Notes: generated by a model not told the origin, from the letters alone. A stretch of 64,000 nt of DNA from a virus (IMGVR_UViG_3300024259_001888:20336-84335), one strand, 5' to 3'. Shown: positions 1 through 10,188, numbered from the stretch's first letter. Translations and numbers: made by a program.

Positions 1-115
1 GCAATGGTTCACTTCTAAAATGCTTTGGCATGATTTTTCTTGAAAATTTGATAAATTTCTTACGATCCTTAACAAATACAGACAGCAAGTCTGCCTCAAA
101 TGAAGATAGCCCCAT
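1..115 (-). CDS. Partial gene (N-terminus only, runs off the left edge); probably DnaB-like replicative helicase
   Basis: Manual translation from ATG at 115: MGLSSFEADLLSVFVKDRRNLSNFQEKIMPKHFRSEPL. The 'E..LL......I.P.HF' pattern resembles DnaB N-termini, and it lies directly downstream of a DnaC-like loader. Confidence 0.4.
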   Translation of the reverse strand, partial: MGLSSFEADLLSVFVKDRKKFIKFSRKIMPKHFRSEPL

Positions 116-117
116 GT

Positions 118-945
118 TTAATCCCTCGCTATTTCTTTAAAGAAAGAAGCCATATCCTTACCACACTTAGTCGTTCTTACATCAACAGCTAAAGAAAAAT
201 CAAACACACGACTATGAGATCTAACCATATTCTCAATAGACTTTTTATATATCTTCTTAAAGCTTTTCCATGAATAATTTGTGATAAGTATGGTGGGACG
301 ACGTAATGATACTCTCTTTTTATATAAAGACTTAAGTTCTGAAATAGCAAACTCGCTTCTCTTACTCTCATTACCAATTTCATCAATAACAAGAAGGTCA
401 ACCTTCATGATTTCATCGAGCATTGCTTCCACAGATGAATCAAAAGAAAAAGACTTTCTCGCAAGTTTCAGATAGTCTGCAAAATCTATGTTGTGTACGG
501 TAAACCCATTCATAACTGCATAATACAACAACTTAAGGCCAAGAAATGTTTTGCCTACACCATTCTTGCCAAGAAACAAAAACCCATAAGGAGTCTTAAT
601 AGCCTTGACAATATGCTTAACATACGGATTAATTATCTCCTTTCTTATTTCTATTTTATCTCCAGTTATTGCATCGACAACTACCCGGCCATATATCTTT
701 TGATTAAGCAAGCTTTCATATGGAACATTTGAATATATAAAAATAGAAATATACTTGAATCGAGTTCTACACTTACAAGCAGTTACCGCTCTATTTACAA
801 AAGTAAGAACCCCTTTGCTCTGCCTCCTTGAAAATGTATTAAGGAATCCCGTACCCTTACAAGGTTTATGCTTCTTTATAATTCTTTCACGCAAATCATC
901 AAGCTGCTCTTCCATAGCTTTCTTGCGAATATTTTTATTAATCAT
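118..945 (-). CDS. DnaC/IstB-like AAA+ ATPase (helicase loader)
   Basis: N-terminal Zn motif (CKGTG...CKC), Walker A GKNGVGKT, Walker B LLVIDEIG, PTILITN sensor motif. Confidence 0.85.
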   Translation of the reverse strand: MINKNIRKKAMEEQLDDLRERIIKKHKPCKGTGFLNTFSRRQSKGVLTFVNRAVTACKCRTRFKYISIFIYSNVPYESLLNQKIYGRVVVDAITGDKIEIRKEIINPYVKHIVKAIKTPYGFLFLGKNGVGKTFLGLKLLYYAVMNGFTVHNIDFADYLKLARKSFSFDSSVEAMLDEIMKVDLLVIDEIGNESKRSEFAISELKSLYKKRVSLRRPTILITNYSWKSFKKIYKKSIENMVRSHSRVFDFSLAVDVRTTKCGKDMASFFKEIARD

Positions 946-1535
946 CGAGAAGCTCCTTCTATAGCCTCACAAAATGCTTTAGCAATTGCTGACAAATCCT
1001 TTTTCTTCAAACACTTCTGGTGAAGATTAGTCAATGTAAAAGCATTTTTCACACGCATCACATATTTATGAAATGAAATCACTTTCTCAGTAGAAAGATT
1101 TTGAACTACAACTTCAGAAGTGACTGAAGAAAAATAAAAAGCTCGCACTTTCGTCCTATAAAATTCAGTATATACATCATCCTTAAAGATGACGCTACCC
1201 GTTTCATCATCTTCTGAATCTGTACCGGCAAGAACATTTCCCTCATCATCTTTCTTACCATCACGCTTCTTGCTTATGCCTTTGTCAAGTAAATATTCCG
1301 ACAACCGTTCCTCCTTATTAGCAAAAGAAAAGACACTGGTATACGGTAGACGATGGCCGCCCTGTGTTTTCCAATATGCATTAAGGCGATCTATTTCTTC
1401 CAACATATAATTCAAGTAGTCATCAATTTCTTTTTCAGTATCAAAATATTTAGCCAGCTTATCTCCAAGTTCATTAAGAACCTTAGACCATTTCTTGAGT
1501 AAAGGAGCTACTGGTCCCCTGCTTATGTCGGACAT
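942..1535 (-). CDS. Hypothetical protein; possible replication initiator partner of the loader
   Basis: ORF 942..1589 in the track. ATG at 1535 avoids a 47-nt overlap with the helicase. Function is inferred only from position upstream of the DnaC-like gene. Confidence 0.5.
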   Translation of the reverse strand: MSDISRGPVAPLLKKWSKVLNELGDKLAKYFDTEKEIDDYLNYMLEEIDRLNAYWKTQGGHRLPYTSVFSFANKEERLSEYLLDKGISKKRDGKKDDEGNVLAGTDSEDDETGSVIFKDDVYTEFYRTKVRAFYFSSVTSEVVVQNLSTEKVISFHKYVMRVKNAFTLTNLHQKCLKKKDLSAIAKAFCEAIEGASR

Positions 1536-1542
1536 GAAAAGC

Positions 1543-3072
1543 TTAAGTTGCATTCTTACTTTTCCAGCTCGCATATTTGACCTCTTCAACTCGAAATTCA
1601 GGCTCCATTTTAAATGTGAGAAACCTGTTTATGGAGTGTCTTAAAAGATTTTTTTCACAAGAATCAACCATATCATAAATTCTTACAATATTTTCAATGT
1701 CTGTGCGAACATCAATTTCTCCAGGCAATATAGGTTTTCTTATTACCCTGCCTGTCTTTTGAATAACAGAACGAATACCTTTTGTGTCAGTAATCTCTTT
1801 TCCGCCGCCTCCATCGGCAGAAATTAAAACACCAACAGTAGGGATATCAATTCCTTCAACCCAAATGGAAGAAGCAATAACAACCCTAACATCTTTATTC
1901 TTAAATTCATTCTTTACCATCATCCGTGTTTCATCTGGAGTGCTGCCATGTATAAACCGAATATCATCTGGATAAATACCGGCATCCTCTAGCAAATCCT
2001 TAAGGATTTTGCCATGCCGAATAATACGAATTATGATAAGAATAGTAGGCTCATCAATATGATTGTATTCGTGTAGAGCCACAGCAGAAACGATTTCATT
2101 CCGAATTTCACTATCCACAATGCCCTTAGCATAAGCCGATGCATACATTAACCCCTTAGATAAGTTCGGCGAATCATATTTAAACATTGTGATTTCAGGC
2201 CTTGAAACAAATCCTTCCTTAATGAGGAAAGACATAGTCACTCTTGAAAGTGGCGGTCCAGTAACTGATTCAAGTTCTAAATCACTTGTGGATAAGTTAA
2301 ATGGCGTCCCAGAAAAGCCATGCCTGGCTATAGTTCCTGAACACTTTCTGACAGTCTGCTTAAACATCTTACTATCAATAGTATGATGTGCTTCATCAAG
2401 AATGAGATGCTCAATCTTATTCAAATAGTTAATGACAGTTCGATTTTTATTCTGGACAGATTTATTCCAAAGAGTATTAATGACAGCAACGGTAACATCT
2501 TCAGGTTCAAACCTGCCTTCTTCAATAAGGCCGATCTTCATGCGCAGCATACTGCCAAGCTCTTCTCTGTGTTGCCGTGCCAGATCTTTAGTTGATACAA
2601 CAATGAGAGTTCTTCTAAACCTGTCCATCTTCAATGCAGTAATGGTTGCAGCAAATTGAACCGTCTTACCGGCACTTGTCGCCCACCAATACACCATGTA
2701 TGGAACATTTAATCCGCGAATTAAACCATCAACTTGATAAGGTCGTAACTGAAACTTGAAATGCTTAAGGTTCTTTATCACCCTAGCTTCAGTCCATTCA
2801 AATGTCTTTCGTGAATCTTGTATTTCATATAGTAACTTATTATTCTTAAGAATCTGACAAATACGATACATCAATCCGGATGGAAATGTATGGTAAGAAA
2901 GACTATACTTCTTTATCTTTCCATCCCACTTACCATCTATATATGCATCTGCAAATTGGTAATTTTCAGCATAGTAAGAACATGCTTTATTAATCTGATA
3001 TTCAACTTTCTTTGGACAATTAATTAACTTTCCACGCAATGAACCGACTTTAACAATAACCTTATTGCTCAT
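1543..3072 (-). CDS. Superfamily 2 DEAH helicase (UvsW/XPB-like)
   Basis: Q-motif LRPYQ, motif I ATSAGKT, motif II LILDEAHH, motif III FSGTP, motif V EGIDIP, motif VI QKTGRVIR. Confidence 0.9.
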   Translation of the reverse strand: MSNKVIVKVGSLRGKLINCPKKVEYQINKACSYYAENYQFADAYIDGKWDGKIKKYSLSYHTFPSGLMYRICQILKNNKLLYEIQDSRKTFEWTEARVIKNLKHFKFQLRPYQVDGLIRGLNVPYMVYWWATSAGKTVQFAATITALKMDRFRRTLIVVSTKDLARQHREELGSMLRMKIGLIEEGRFEPEDVTVAVINTLWNKSVQNKNRTVINYLNKIEHLILDEAHHTIDSKMFKQTVRKCSGTIARHGFSGTPFNLSTSDLELESVTGPPLSRVTMSFLIKEGFVSRPEITMFKYDSPNLSKGLMYASAYAKGIVDSEIRNEIVSAVALHEYNHIDEPTILIIIRIIRHGKILKDLLEDAGIYPDDIRFIHGSTPDETRMMVKNEFKNKDVRVVIASSIWVEGIDIPTVGVLISADGGGGKEITDTKGIRSVIQKTGRVIRKPILPGEIDVRTDIENIVRIYDMVDSCEKNLLRHSINRFLTFKMEPEFRVEEVKYASWKSKNAT

Positions 3073-3157
3073 AATAATACTCGTTAAGGGTTAAAATTCA
3101 CACTACATAATACGCCATAAAAAATTAAGACTTCCGCCCTACCACCACTTTCATAGC

Positions 3158-3922
3158 TTAACTCTTCTTCCCTGTCAGTATAGCCATCTTACATCTGAGT
3201 CGATAATCCTTATCCTGCAATGCTTCCATGCTATATGCATCTTTAAATTCCCTAGAAGCTTCTGTATGCAAAGAATACAATAGATGCTTTTGCCCCGGCT
3301 GTAAAGTTTTATCATTCAGCCAACTGAGAAGCCTAATGTCAAACCTGTATGTAATGAATTTCAAATCGATGAATCCTGCTCCTCTCATCATCTTAAGAAG
3401 ATCAGACAGCAAGTAACAATTACGATTCTCCTTAAGACTAAAGATTCTCCTATACTCATCAATAATTGAATCAGCTGGAGGGATGGCTTCAGCGATAAGC
3501 ACATGACCATTTGGTTTGGTAGCTTCGTAGATTTTACGAAGAGCTTTTTCATCATTTCCATTTAACAAATGGTGAATGAATAGGCTCATAATAGTCACAC
3601 TATAAAAATCTTCAAAATCATCAATGAAGTTAAAAAAGTCAGAGCAGACAAACTTCAGCCCCGGACCCTTCTTGAGCTTAGCTCCGTCGATCATGCTTTC
3701 TGATAAATCAACACCAACAACATTTGAATGCCTGAAATTATCCTTCACCACCTTGGTAATTGTTCCACGACCACATCCTGCATCAAGAATCCATGAACCA
3801 TAATTAATTCCAAAAGGCTTCATCATACGAACGATATTGTATGCAGTACGTTTGCTCCTAACATCATCAAGGTCTTTATATGTTTCGCCTCTCTTTTCCC
3901 AATAAAGAAAATCCGACTGCAT
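3158..3922 (-). CDS. Class I SAM-dependent methyltransferase
   Basis: ILDAGCGRG motif I, VGVDLSESMI motif II, 'KPNGHVLI' post-motif. Confidence 0.85.
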   Translation of the reverse strand: MQSDFLYWEKRGETYKDLDDVRSKRTAYNIVRMMKPFGINYGSWILDAGCGRGTITKVVKDNFRHSNVVGVDLSESMIDGAKLKKGPGLKFVCSDFFNFIDDFEDFYSVTIMSLFIHHLLNGNDEKALRKIYEATKPNGHVLIAEAIPPADSIIDEYRRIFSLKENRNCYLLSDLLKMMRGAGFIDLKFITYRFDIRLLSWLNDKTLQPGQKHLLYSLHTEASREFKDAYSMEALQDKDYRLRCKMAILTGKKS

Positions 3923-4146
3923 TAGAATTCCTCCAGTAAATGACTTAAGGTTTCTTGTTTCGTCTTCATTTGTTTTTTATGCACCCTAAATACAGGACAC
4001 TTTATACAAGTAAAACTTCTCCATTTTTTATGAGCAGCAATATTTAAACAATCATCATACCTATAGCAAGTAATATGACGAACTATTTCAATCTCTTCAA
4101 AAGAAACTAACAAATTTCTTTCCGTTATAACATAATGCTTTTTCAT
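3922..4146 (-). CDS. Small Cys-rich hypothetical protein (possible Zn binding)
   Basis: C-x2-Y-x2-C...W..F.C-x2-C pattern. Overlaps both neighbours by 1-4 nt (translational coupling). Confidence 0.6.
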   Translation of the reverse strand: MKKHYVITERNLLVSFEEIEIVRHITCYRYDDCLNIAAHKKWRSFTCIKCPVFRVHKKQMKTKQETLSHLLEEF

Positions 4147-5213
4147 ATGGAATAAAGCTCGTTATAGAAATCAATAAAATCTCTTTGAAAAGAAAAACGT
4201 GTATTGTAAACTCCTCGGGCATTGAATCTGAAATGTTCAAGCTCAATCAGAATATGTTCCAAGCATAAACAAAAATCTAGAGGATGAGAATACAATGCTC
4301 CATTAATCATCTGTGAAACAAAATATGTTTCAGCAAAAGCACGTTCGCCAAGCAATAAGGGCATACCACATGCCAAAGCTTCTACGACTGACCTGTTGGT
4401 AGTAGTAGAGGGGTTCTCCGGCTTAATATTAGGCCATACAAAAACCCCACACTTACCAAGAAACTTACACAAATCATCTTGAAGCATAAAATTCTTCAAA
4501 AATATTTGTTCATTATCATACTCATTATCAATCACTTTACGAATATGATTATAGTGCTCAGCCGTTCTGGTGAAATCTCCAACGATAACCAAAGTATTAT
4601 CTGAATTACTGACAGTTTCTATCATAACTTCAATCTGTTTTACCGGAACAAATCCAGCAACATATACACAATCATATTCCATTTTTTCTGCATATCCAGG
4701 ATAAAACATAATCGGATCAGCGCACCGCTTCCGAACAATAACCCTATCTTTATGGGGAGTTTTCATTCGATCAACTTGTAAAGGGTGATTAACAACTATA
4801 TGGTCAAAATGATCTAAAAAACTGGAAGTCCCACAAGAAGAGCCGGCAGGAGAAAAAATCATCTTTTTAATATCAGGAGAATAATGCTTAAAATTACTAG
4901 CATAAAATGGATAACTTGGCCAACTATGATTCCCGTGCATATGAATTACATCCGGATTAATCATCCTTTCAATGTAAGACCAGACTTCCATAGGGTTCCA
5001 GGCTTTCGGCAAGAAAATGACCTTATAGTTTTCAACATCAATTACTACGGGAGTGAGCATTGGATGAGGAGTTTGTAATCGCCCAATAACATACAGACTA
5101 AACTTCCAAGAGAGATATCTCATAGAATTTGAATCATCATACGCTTCAGTCAATTGTTCTTTATTCTGAAACACATAATCTATCAGCTTACACACTACAA
5201 TCTTTTTATTCAT
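4143..5213 (-). CDS. Glycosyltransferase, GT-B fold (GT4-like)
   Basis: YVAGFVPVKQ and VVEALACGMP motifs; 'NPDVIHMHG' N-domain. Confidence 0.85.
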   Translation of the reverse strand: MNKKIVVCKLIDYVFQNKEQLTEAYDDSNSMRYLSWKFSLYVIGRLQTPHPMLTPVVIDVENYKVIFLPKAWNPMEVWSYIERMINPDVIHMHGNHSWPSYPFYASNFKHYSPDIKKMIFSPAGSSCGTSSFLDHFDHIVVNHPLQVDRMKTPHKDRVIVRKRCADPIMFYPGYAEKMEYDCVYVAGFVPVKQIEVMIETVSNSDNTLVIVGDFTRTAEHYNHIRKVIDNEYDNEQIFLKNFMLQDDLCKFLGKCGVFVWPNIKPENPSTTTNRSVVEALACGMPLLLGERAFAETYFVSQMINGALYSHPLDFCLCLEHILIELEHFRFNARGVYNTRFSFQRDFIDFYNELYSI

Positions 5214-5856
5214 AACTCATCCTCAATTCATTTGGAGACAACTTATCTGGATTCCATGTGAATCCACTCAATAGGTGATCAATGCATCCCATGCTAACTG
5301 AATATTTTTGAGCAATTTGTTTTCTCATACCACTTCCATATTTCTTTTGAGCATTATAACATGAAATTCTTATTTCATCAACATCTCCCTGTGACAATTT
5401 GCCATTAAAATTTCTTTCTCCCATTCGTTGATTACTCATAAGTTTTTTTGTTTTTATAGAATGTCTTTTGCCAAAATGACTATTGCTGATTTTCTCCCTA
5501 GTTTCTACAGAAAGAGACTTGCCTGTTTTATGGAGAATAACATGCTCAGCTCTGCTTAAGTGATCAAGATTAGTTATATGATCATGAACTTTATTTTCAT
5601 CTTTATGATGAATAAGATTCCCATTTAAAATAGGACCCTTCCACGCCATCCAATTAAGAGACGCCATCTTAATTTCATTATGGTAAACTCCATTAATTTT
5701 AATTGAAATTACCATATATCCATTATGAAGATGAGGCTTTAATCTCCTTCCCGTTTTTCTATCCATAATGCATGTTCCGGATTCAAGAATGACATATCTC
5801 TTGTCAACCTTACCATTGCAATCTCTTAAATATCTAACTTTGATTTTCTCTCTCAT
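5206..5856 (-). CDS. HNH homing endonuclease with NUMOD3-like repeats and C-terminal HTH
   Basis: IHHKDENKVHDHITNL...H motif; GKSLSVETREKIS and GKRHSIKTKKLMS repeats. Confidence 0.85.
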   Translation of the reverse strand: MREKIKVRYLRDCNGKVDKRYVILESGTCIMDRKTGRRLKPHLHNGYMVISIKINGVYHNEIKMASLNWMAWKGPILNGNLIHHKDENKVHDHITNLDHLSRAEHVILHKTGKSLSVETREKISNSHFGKRHSIKTKKLMSNQRMGERNFNGKLSQGDVDEIRISCYNAQKKYGSGMRKQIAQKYSVSMGCIDHLLSGFTWNPDKLSPNELRMSYE

Positions 5857-5864
5857 CACGTCTC

Positions 5865-6452
5865 CTAAAGCTTAATCCAAAAGCGAGAACGAACTCCTTC
5901 TTCTCTCAGCTTTACGTTTTCTTTAAGCTGAGCAAACTTCATGAAATCCATAAAGGGATGAATAACTTCTGGGTTTACTTCTGAAATCCAATCGTGGCAG
6001 CCAATTACATCCCCCTTCGCAAGATATTTGGCATAAGTTTTAAGTTCCTTTTCTTTGTTGCCGTTATCGCAATACAAAATCTTTCTTCTCCCCGCATTAT
6101 CTCTCAGAAAATCCGCCAACATAAGATTGTTGTCAAGAATATCTTCAACATAGAAATAAACCTTATGCAAATCAAAAGCAGCTAAGACATTGACGGCAAC
6201 ATCTGCCTTGTTATCAAACGTATGAATTTCCACATCCGGCATTTCTTCATGGAAAACCAGTGTGGCCCCACCATAACAAGTGCCAAGCTCAATCAACATT
6301 TCGGGATTATACTTCTTGAATATGTCCAGTAAGACTGGAAAATACTGAGGTCCATGCTTTGTATAAGCTGTCACCTTCGGATCAACCTTACTTACATAAA
6401 CACATCTTCTATCAGACTTGGGATCATCTTTTTCATACTGCCGAAATTCCAT
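5865..6452 (-). CDS. SAM-dependent (sugar O-)methyltransferase-like protein
   Basis: LIELGTCYGG motif I, LYCDNG, IGCHDW (Methyltransf_24-like layout). Confidence 0.7.
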   Translation of the reverse strand: MEFRQYEKDDPKSDRRCVYVSKVDPKVTAYTKHGPQYFPVLLDIFKKYNPEMLIELGTCYGGATLVFHEEMPDVEIHTFDNKADVAVNVLAAFDLHKVYFYVEDILDNNLMLADFLRDNAGRRKILYCDNGNKEKELKTYAKYLAKGDVIGCHDWISEVNPEVIHPFMDFMKFAQLKENVKLREEGVRSRFWIKL

Positions 6453-6456
6453 AATG

Positions 6457-7185
6457 CTACTCCTTTATAATTGGATAATTAACTTCACGAAACCCTGTCC
6501 ACAAATGAGCTTTGTTCTTTGGCAATCCAAAATTGGTTGCGCTCCTCTTATAAAACAAAGACCGATCCTTCTTCTTCATAAGAGTTTTCTTTTCCTGGCT
6601 ATCATACAGCAATTCACTATTGATTATATCTACATTAATAGCAGCACCACTGTTCCAAAGAACTGCATACCGGCCAAGAAGAATAGCTCTACAAGCAAGT
6701 TCGTCATCGCAATAATTCATCACATATCCACCATGAAACCAACCTCTATTATATATTGTGAATTTCATAGAGGACATACCGATGTTTGCTTTATTTATCT
6801 TACCACCAAAAGAAAGTACGCCAACTTCATCTGGAAATACTGTTTCAAATCTGGCAACAACATTGTTCAACCAGTTATACTTTAACGAAACTGTATTAGT
6901 CAGCCATATGAACCTATTAGTTCTAACTCTATTAAAGAGATAATTAAACCCCTTAACAGAATAGAATCGCTCTGCTGAATTATTGTAATACATTTCAATG
7001 AGATGAAAGCGATGACCATATTCTCGAATTAAAGATTCGACCATACCATTAATCTTATCATCATGGTCAACAAACATTAGAAGAGTAACAAATTCAGAAT
7101 TTAATGTAGCTGCAAGTTCATCGAACAGTTGTTCAAGATGAGCATGCCTCCCCTTTAATGGAATAAGAACACTAACTGGTTTCAT
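6457..7185 (-). CDS. GT2-like glycosyltransferase
   Basis: VSVLIP N-terminus, 'RGWFHGGY..NYCDDEL' (GGFD..Y..Y.DD-like acceptor motif). Confidence 0.7.
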   Translation of the reverse strand: MKPVSVLIPLKGRHAHLEQLFDELAATLNSEFVTLLMFVDHDDKINGMVESLIREYGHRFHLIEMYYNNSAERFYSVKGFNYLFNRVRTNRFIWLTNTVSLKYNWLNNVVARFETVFPDEVGVLSFGGKINKANIGMSSMKFTIYNRGWFHGGYVMNYCDDELACRAILLGRYAVLWNSGAAINVDIINSELLYDSQEKKTLMKKKDRSLFYKRSATNFGLPKNKAHLWTGFREVNYPIIKE

Positions 7186-7186
7186 A

Positions 7187-7466
7187 TCAATCCTCGAGAT
7201 ATAGAAGAAGTCTATTCAGCACTTCGGGAAAAGAAGGCGGACGTTTAAGATTTTTCGTTAATTGAAATAATACTTCCAATTCATCATGTTCGATATGCCC
7301 ATAACAACTACCTCTTCCTGTAAGTCTTGATCAACATAAGGATCTTTTCAACAAGCCCATCTGACTGCTCAAGCTTATCAGCAGCTTCATGTCTCGCTTG
7401 TCTCTGAATATCATCTGAAAATCCATGCGGATTACGAAGGATATGCACTATATTCTTTGTAGTCAT
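7187..7466 (-). pseudogene. Small gene split by an apparent frameshift (52-aa ORF 7466-7308 plus open +1 frame to 7187)
   Basis: MTTKNIVHILRNPHG...LIKTYRKR* overlaps a second frame SRLTGRGSCYGHIEHDELEVLF...LYLED*, which ends 1 nt before the next ATG. Confidence 0.45.
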
Positions 7467-7476
7467 GATTATTCCT

Positions 7477-8247
7477 TCAAAAATGGTTTATAAAGTTTGA
7501 GTAATGCTGATGAACATATTTATACGAAGGAAACTTCTTAGCCTGTTTGGATACATATTCTCCACCTTTTATTGTTGAATCTATATGCCAGAACTGCAAA
7601 TTTGGACAGATGAAATTGTTATAGCCAGCATCCCACCAATCACCGCACCAAGTATTACACATTCGTTTAGTGAACGGACGCTCTGCAAACTTCTTTCTAA
7701 AAACAAAAGAAGCTGTTACCCACGCAGAATAATGAAGGAAGACGGGCATGGTTTCTCTTGGATTATTGGAATAGCGCATATTCAATCCAATACAATCTTT
7801 CCCATTCTTATATCTTTCATTACCAAACTTCAATGGAGCTGACTCAAAATTAATGCCTTGTCGATGAGAACCGCCAACAGCACATGGATTATAACGGTCT
7901 TTTTCAAGCTTTTCATACAGACAAATCATCTTATGATAATAACCTGGAGTGGTAAGCTGGATGTCGTTATCATGCTGAGCAATAAAATAACCAGCAGCTT
8001 TCTTTATTCCTTCTTGCATGCCAAGACCATCACCTACATTTTCATCAAGAAGAACAGGAACAATGGGATAAAATCCATCAAAAGTTGCTGATGTAAGCCA
8101 TTCTCTAGTTCCATCCGTACTGCCCATATCTACAACAATAATCTCATAAAAGTTAGGATTAAGACCAGACTTTTCATAGATAGAAACAATAGATCTGATA
8201 GTATATTCAATCCTATTCCACGTTCGCATGATAATTGAAAGCTTCAT
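7477..8247 (-). CDS. GT2 glycosyltransferase
   Basis: LSIIMRTWNR, EIIVVDMGSTDGT, DND (DxD) motif. Confidence 0.9.
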   Translation of the reverse strand: MKLSIIMRTWNRIEYTIRSIVSIYEKSGLNPNFYEIIVVDMGSTDGTREWLTSATFDGFYPIVPVLLDENVGDGLGMQEGIKKAAGYFIAQHDNDIQLTTPGYYHKMICLYEKLEKDRYNPCAVGGSHRQGINFESAPLKFGNERYKNGKDCIGLNMRYSNNPRETMPVFLHYSAWVTASFVFRKKFAERPFTKRMCNTWCGDWWDAGYNNFICPNLQFWHIDSTIKGGEYVSKQAKKFPSYKYVHQHYSNFINHF

Positions 8248-8573
8248 TTTCCGCCTTTCTTTGCAGCTTTTTTCTTTGCCGTAAATGCTTTAAACTTCTT
8301 TTCAAGATGTTCAATAGCTTTAAGTTCAGTATTCGCTCTAATGAGCTCAGCTTCAATCTTCATCCTCTTTGTTCGGACCTTGCCCAAAGCTCTCTTGATT
8401 GCATTACCCTAAGTGCGATCCCAATGATCCTTGTAAAAGTGAGAACCATATTCGAAAGCTTCGCTACTGTTCTTGCGATTATCCACAATATACTTATACG
8501 GAGTTTCTCTAACTTCCAACGAATGAATTTTGCCTTGGAACACCCTATAAATCTTTACCATTTTCTTTCCCAT
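8244..8573 (-). CDS. 109-codon hypothetical gene with one in-frame TAG at codon 55 (readthrough or pseudogene)
   Basis: GAGGTGG RBS, ATG at 8573, TAG at 8411-8409. The frame stays open to a TGA forming an ATGA overlap with the GT2 start at 8247. Absent from the ORF track. Confidence 0.6.
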
Positions 8574-8586
8574 AGCCACCTCTCTA

Positions 8587-8814
8587 TTATACCTCAGGGA
8601 ACGACAACCCTTCTGGTAATTCTTTCGGCTCAGTAACCTTAATCATCGTTAAGTGTAAGTCGCCAAGCTCGTCCTCCTTAAAGCAAAAAGCTTTGACCGT
8701 AGCCATAACTTCAACACTCCCATTAAATTCAAGCAGTATATTCTGATACATTTGAGGCTCATCTGGATCTTCACCCTTGTTGAATAAAACCTGTTTAATT
8801 TTTTTTAGAGTCAT
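8587..8814 (-). CDS. Hypothetical protein
   Basis: 75-aa ORF packed between co-oriented neighbours. Confidence 0.6.
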   Translation of the reverse strand: MTLKKIKQVLFNKGEDPDEPQMYQNILLEFNGSVEVMATVKAFCFKEDELGDLHLTMIKVTEPKELPEGLSFPEV

Positions 8815-8822
8815 TAGTATAC

Positions 8823-9029
8823 CTAAATTATGAATTTTAATTGATCTTCAGTGATTTCTGTCAAAAAGAACTGCTCATCTCCTCCTCGTTTATTATATTC
8901 ACGAGTCTTCTTTTCATCCCTTCCTGTACCTTTACAATCAGGACAAACTTCTGATCCCCAAGGCTTGTTATGATTCACGACAGGCGTAACTCCATTACCA
9001 ACACAAGTCCAGCATCTGATATAGCCCAT
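8823..9029 (-). CDS. Small DnaJ-type zinc-finger protein
   Basis: CWTCVGNG and CPDCKGTG (CxxCxGxG) repeats. Confidence 0.7.
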   Translation of the reverse strand: MGYIRCWTCVGNGVTPVVNHNKPWGSEVCPDCKGTGRDEKKTREYNKRGGDEQFFLTEITEDQLKFII

Positions 9030-9976
9030 TAGTAATACCTTGTTTTTTGAAGATTAACTTCTTCTGCTCTATCAGAAGTTCCCCAATCAGGTCTGGTCAA
9101 ATTTGCGGTAATACAGTTACCAATTTCTTCATACTCATCCCAACTTTCAATCCGCAATTCCTTTAACCGCTTAAAACTTCTTTGAGCATCTGAAAGAGAA
9201 TGGTGCAAATGAAAATCTCCCTCTCCTTCGAGAATATGCACTTCAAGACCAAGTCCAACCTTACCCCAATGACAATCTTGTTTCGGAATCTGGATGCCAT
9301 TCTTAGGAGGACTTCTGGTCAACCTACGCCACAGGTCGAGATTATAGTCTGACCATGTGGTGAAGATTTCGTTATGGCCTCCAACTTCTAAGAAATTTTT
9401 TCTCGTAACACCGAGCCACGTCGATTCATTTGGTTTACCGCTCCGTGAAATATTTGTATGAGCAGCATGATGGAACATGCTATACAAATCATGATTCCAC
9501 CTGCTGTTCAAAAAAGCATCCCTAACTTCTTCTCTTGTAATAGTTGGATCAGAATAATGCTTGAGAAAGTGGTACGGAATAGTCGTCGTAACAATATCAT
9601 CGCCCCAACGATCGAATTCATCTCTCGTCTTTCGAACTACTCCAGGCGTGGGAACCCTTGCTGAATCAACAGAAAGCAATAAAACTGGACCCTTTGCGTA
9701 CTGCCTGACTCCCACGTTAAGAGGGTAAGTTGCGTTCGTGATAGTATGAGTTTTAGAATCATGGATATTGATAAGCCGAATATTTCCCATCTCCAAAGAA
9801 GCATTCTCAATCATCCTAAGGCTATCGATGTCATTAGGATTTGTATTCATGATGAGAATTTCAAACTCCCTGCTTTCAATCCCAATCTGACGACTAAGGG
9901 AAAAGAGGGTCTTATGCAGTTCCCATTTCATATTGTGTGTTGGCACAATAACTGATATAAACGGATGATAACCCAT
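9029..9976 (-). CDS. GT2 glycosyltransferase
   Basis: ISVIVPTHN, NVGVRQ, FLEVGGHNEIF, DLWRRL motifs. Confidence 0.85.
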   Translation of the reverse strand: MGYHPFISVIVPTHNMKWELHKTLFSLSRQIGIESREFEILIMNTNPNDIDSLRMIENASLEMGNIRLINIHDSKTHTITNATYPLNVGVRQYAKGPVLLLSVDSARVPTPGVVRKTRDEFDRWGDDIVTTTIPYHFLKHYSDPTITREEVRDAFLNSRWNHDLYSMFHHAAHTNISRSGKPNESTWLGVTRKNFLEVGGHNEIFTTWSDYNLDLWRRLTRSPPKNGIQIPKQDCHWGKVGLGLEVHILEGEGDFHLHHSLSDAQRSFKRLKELRIESWDEYEEIGNCITANLTRPDWGTSDRAEEVNLQKTRYY

Positions 9977-9996
9977 CTCCTACCTCCATGCTAATC

Positions 9997-10188
9997 TCAC
10001 TTTATTTTATAAGGCTTAAAGCCTTTCCACTTCTGCCCACGAATTCCCATGTTTAATCCACAAACATAAGAATCTCGCTCTACATCACACCCATTTGGAA
10101 TTCCATACCAAGCACAATCTTTACAAAATCCATACCCGGTTGGTCTATCTTTTTTATCTTTTTTATCTTTTTTATCTTCTTGCTCCAT
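9997..10188 (-). CDS. Small hypothetical protein (DKK x3 repeat, CxxC)
   Basis: 63-aa ORF with a 9-nt tandem repeat encoding DKK and a CKDC...C...C cluster. Confidence 0.55.
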   Translation of the reverse strand: MEQEDKKDKKDKKDRPTGYGFCKDCAWYGIPNGCDVERDSYVCGLNMGIRGQKWKGFKPYKIK

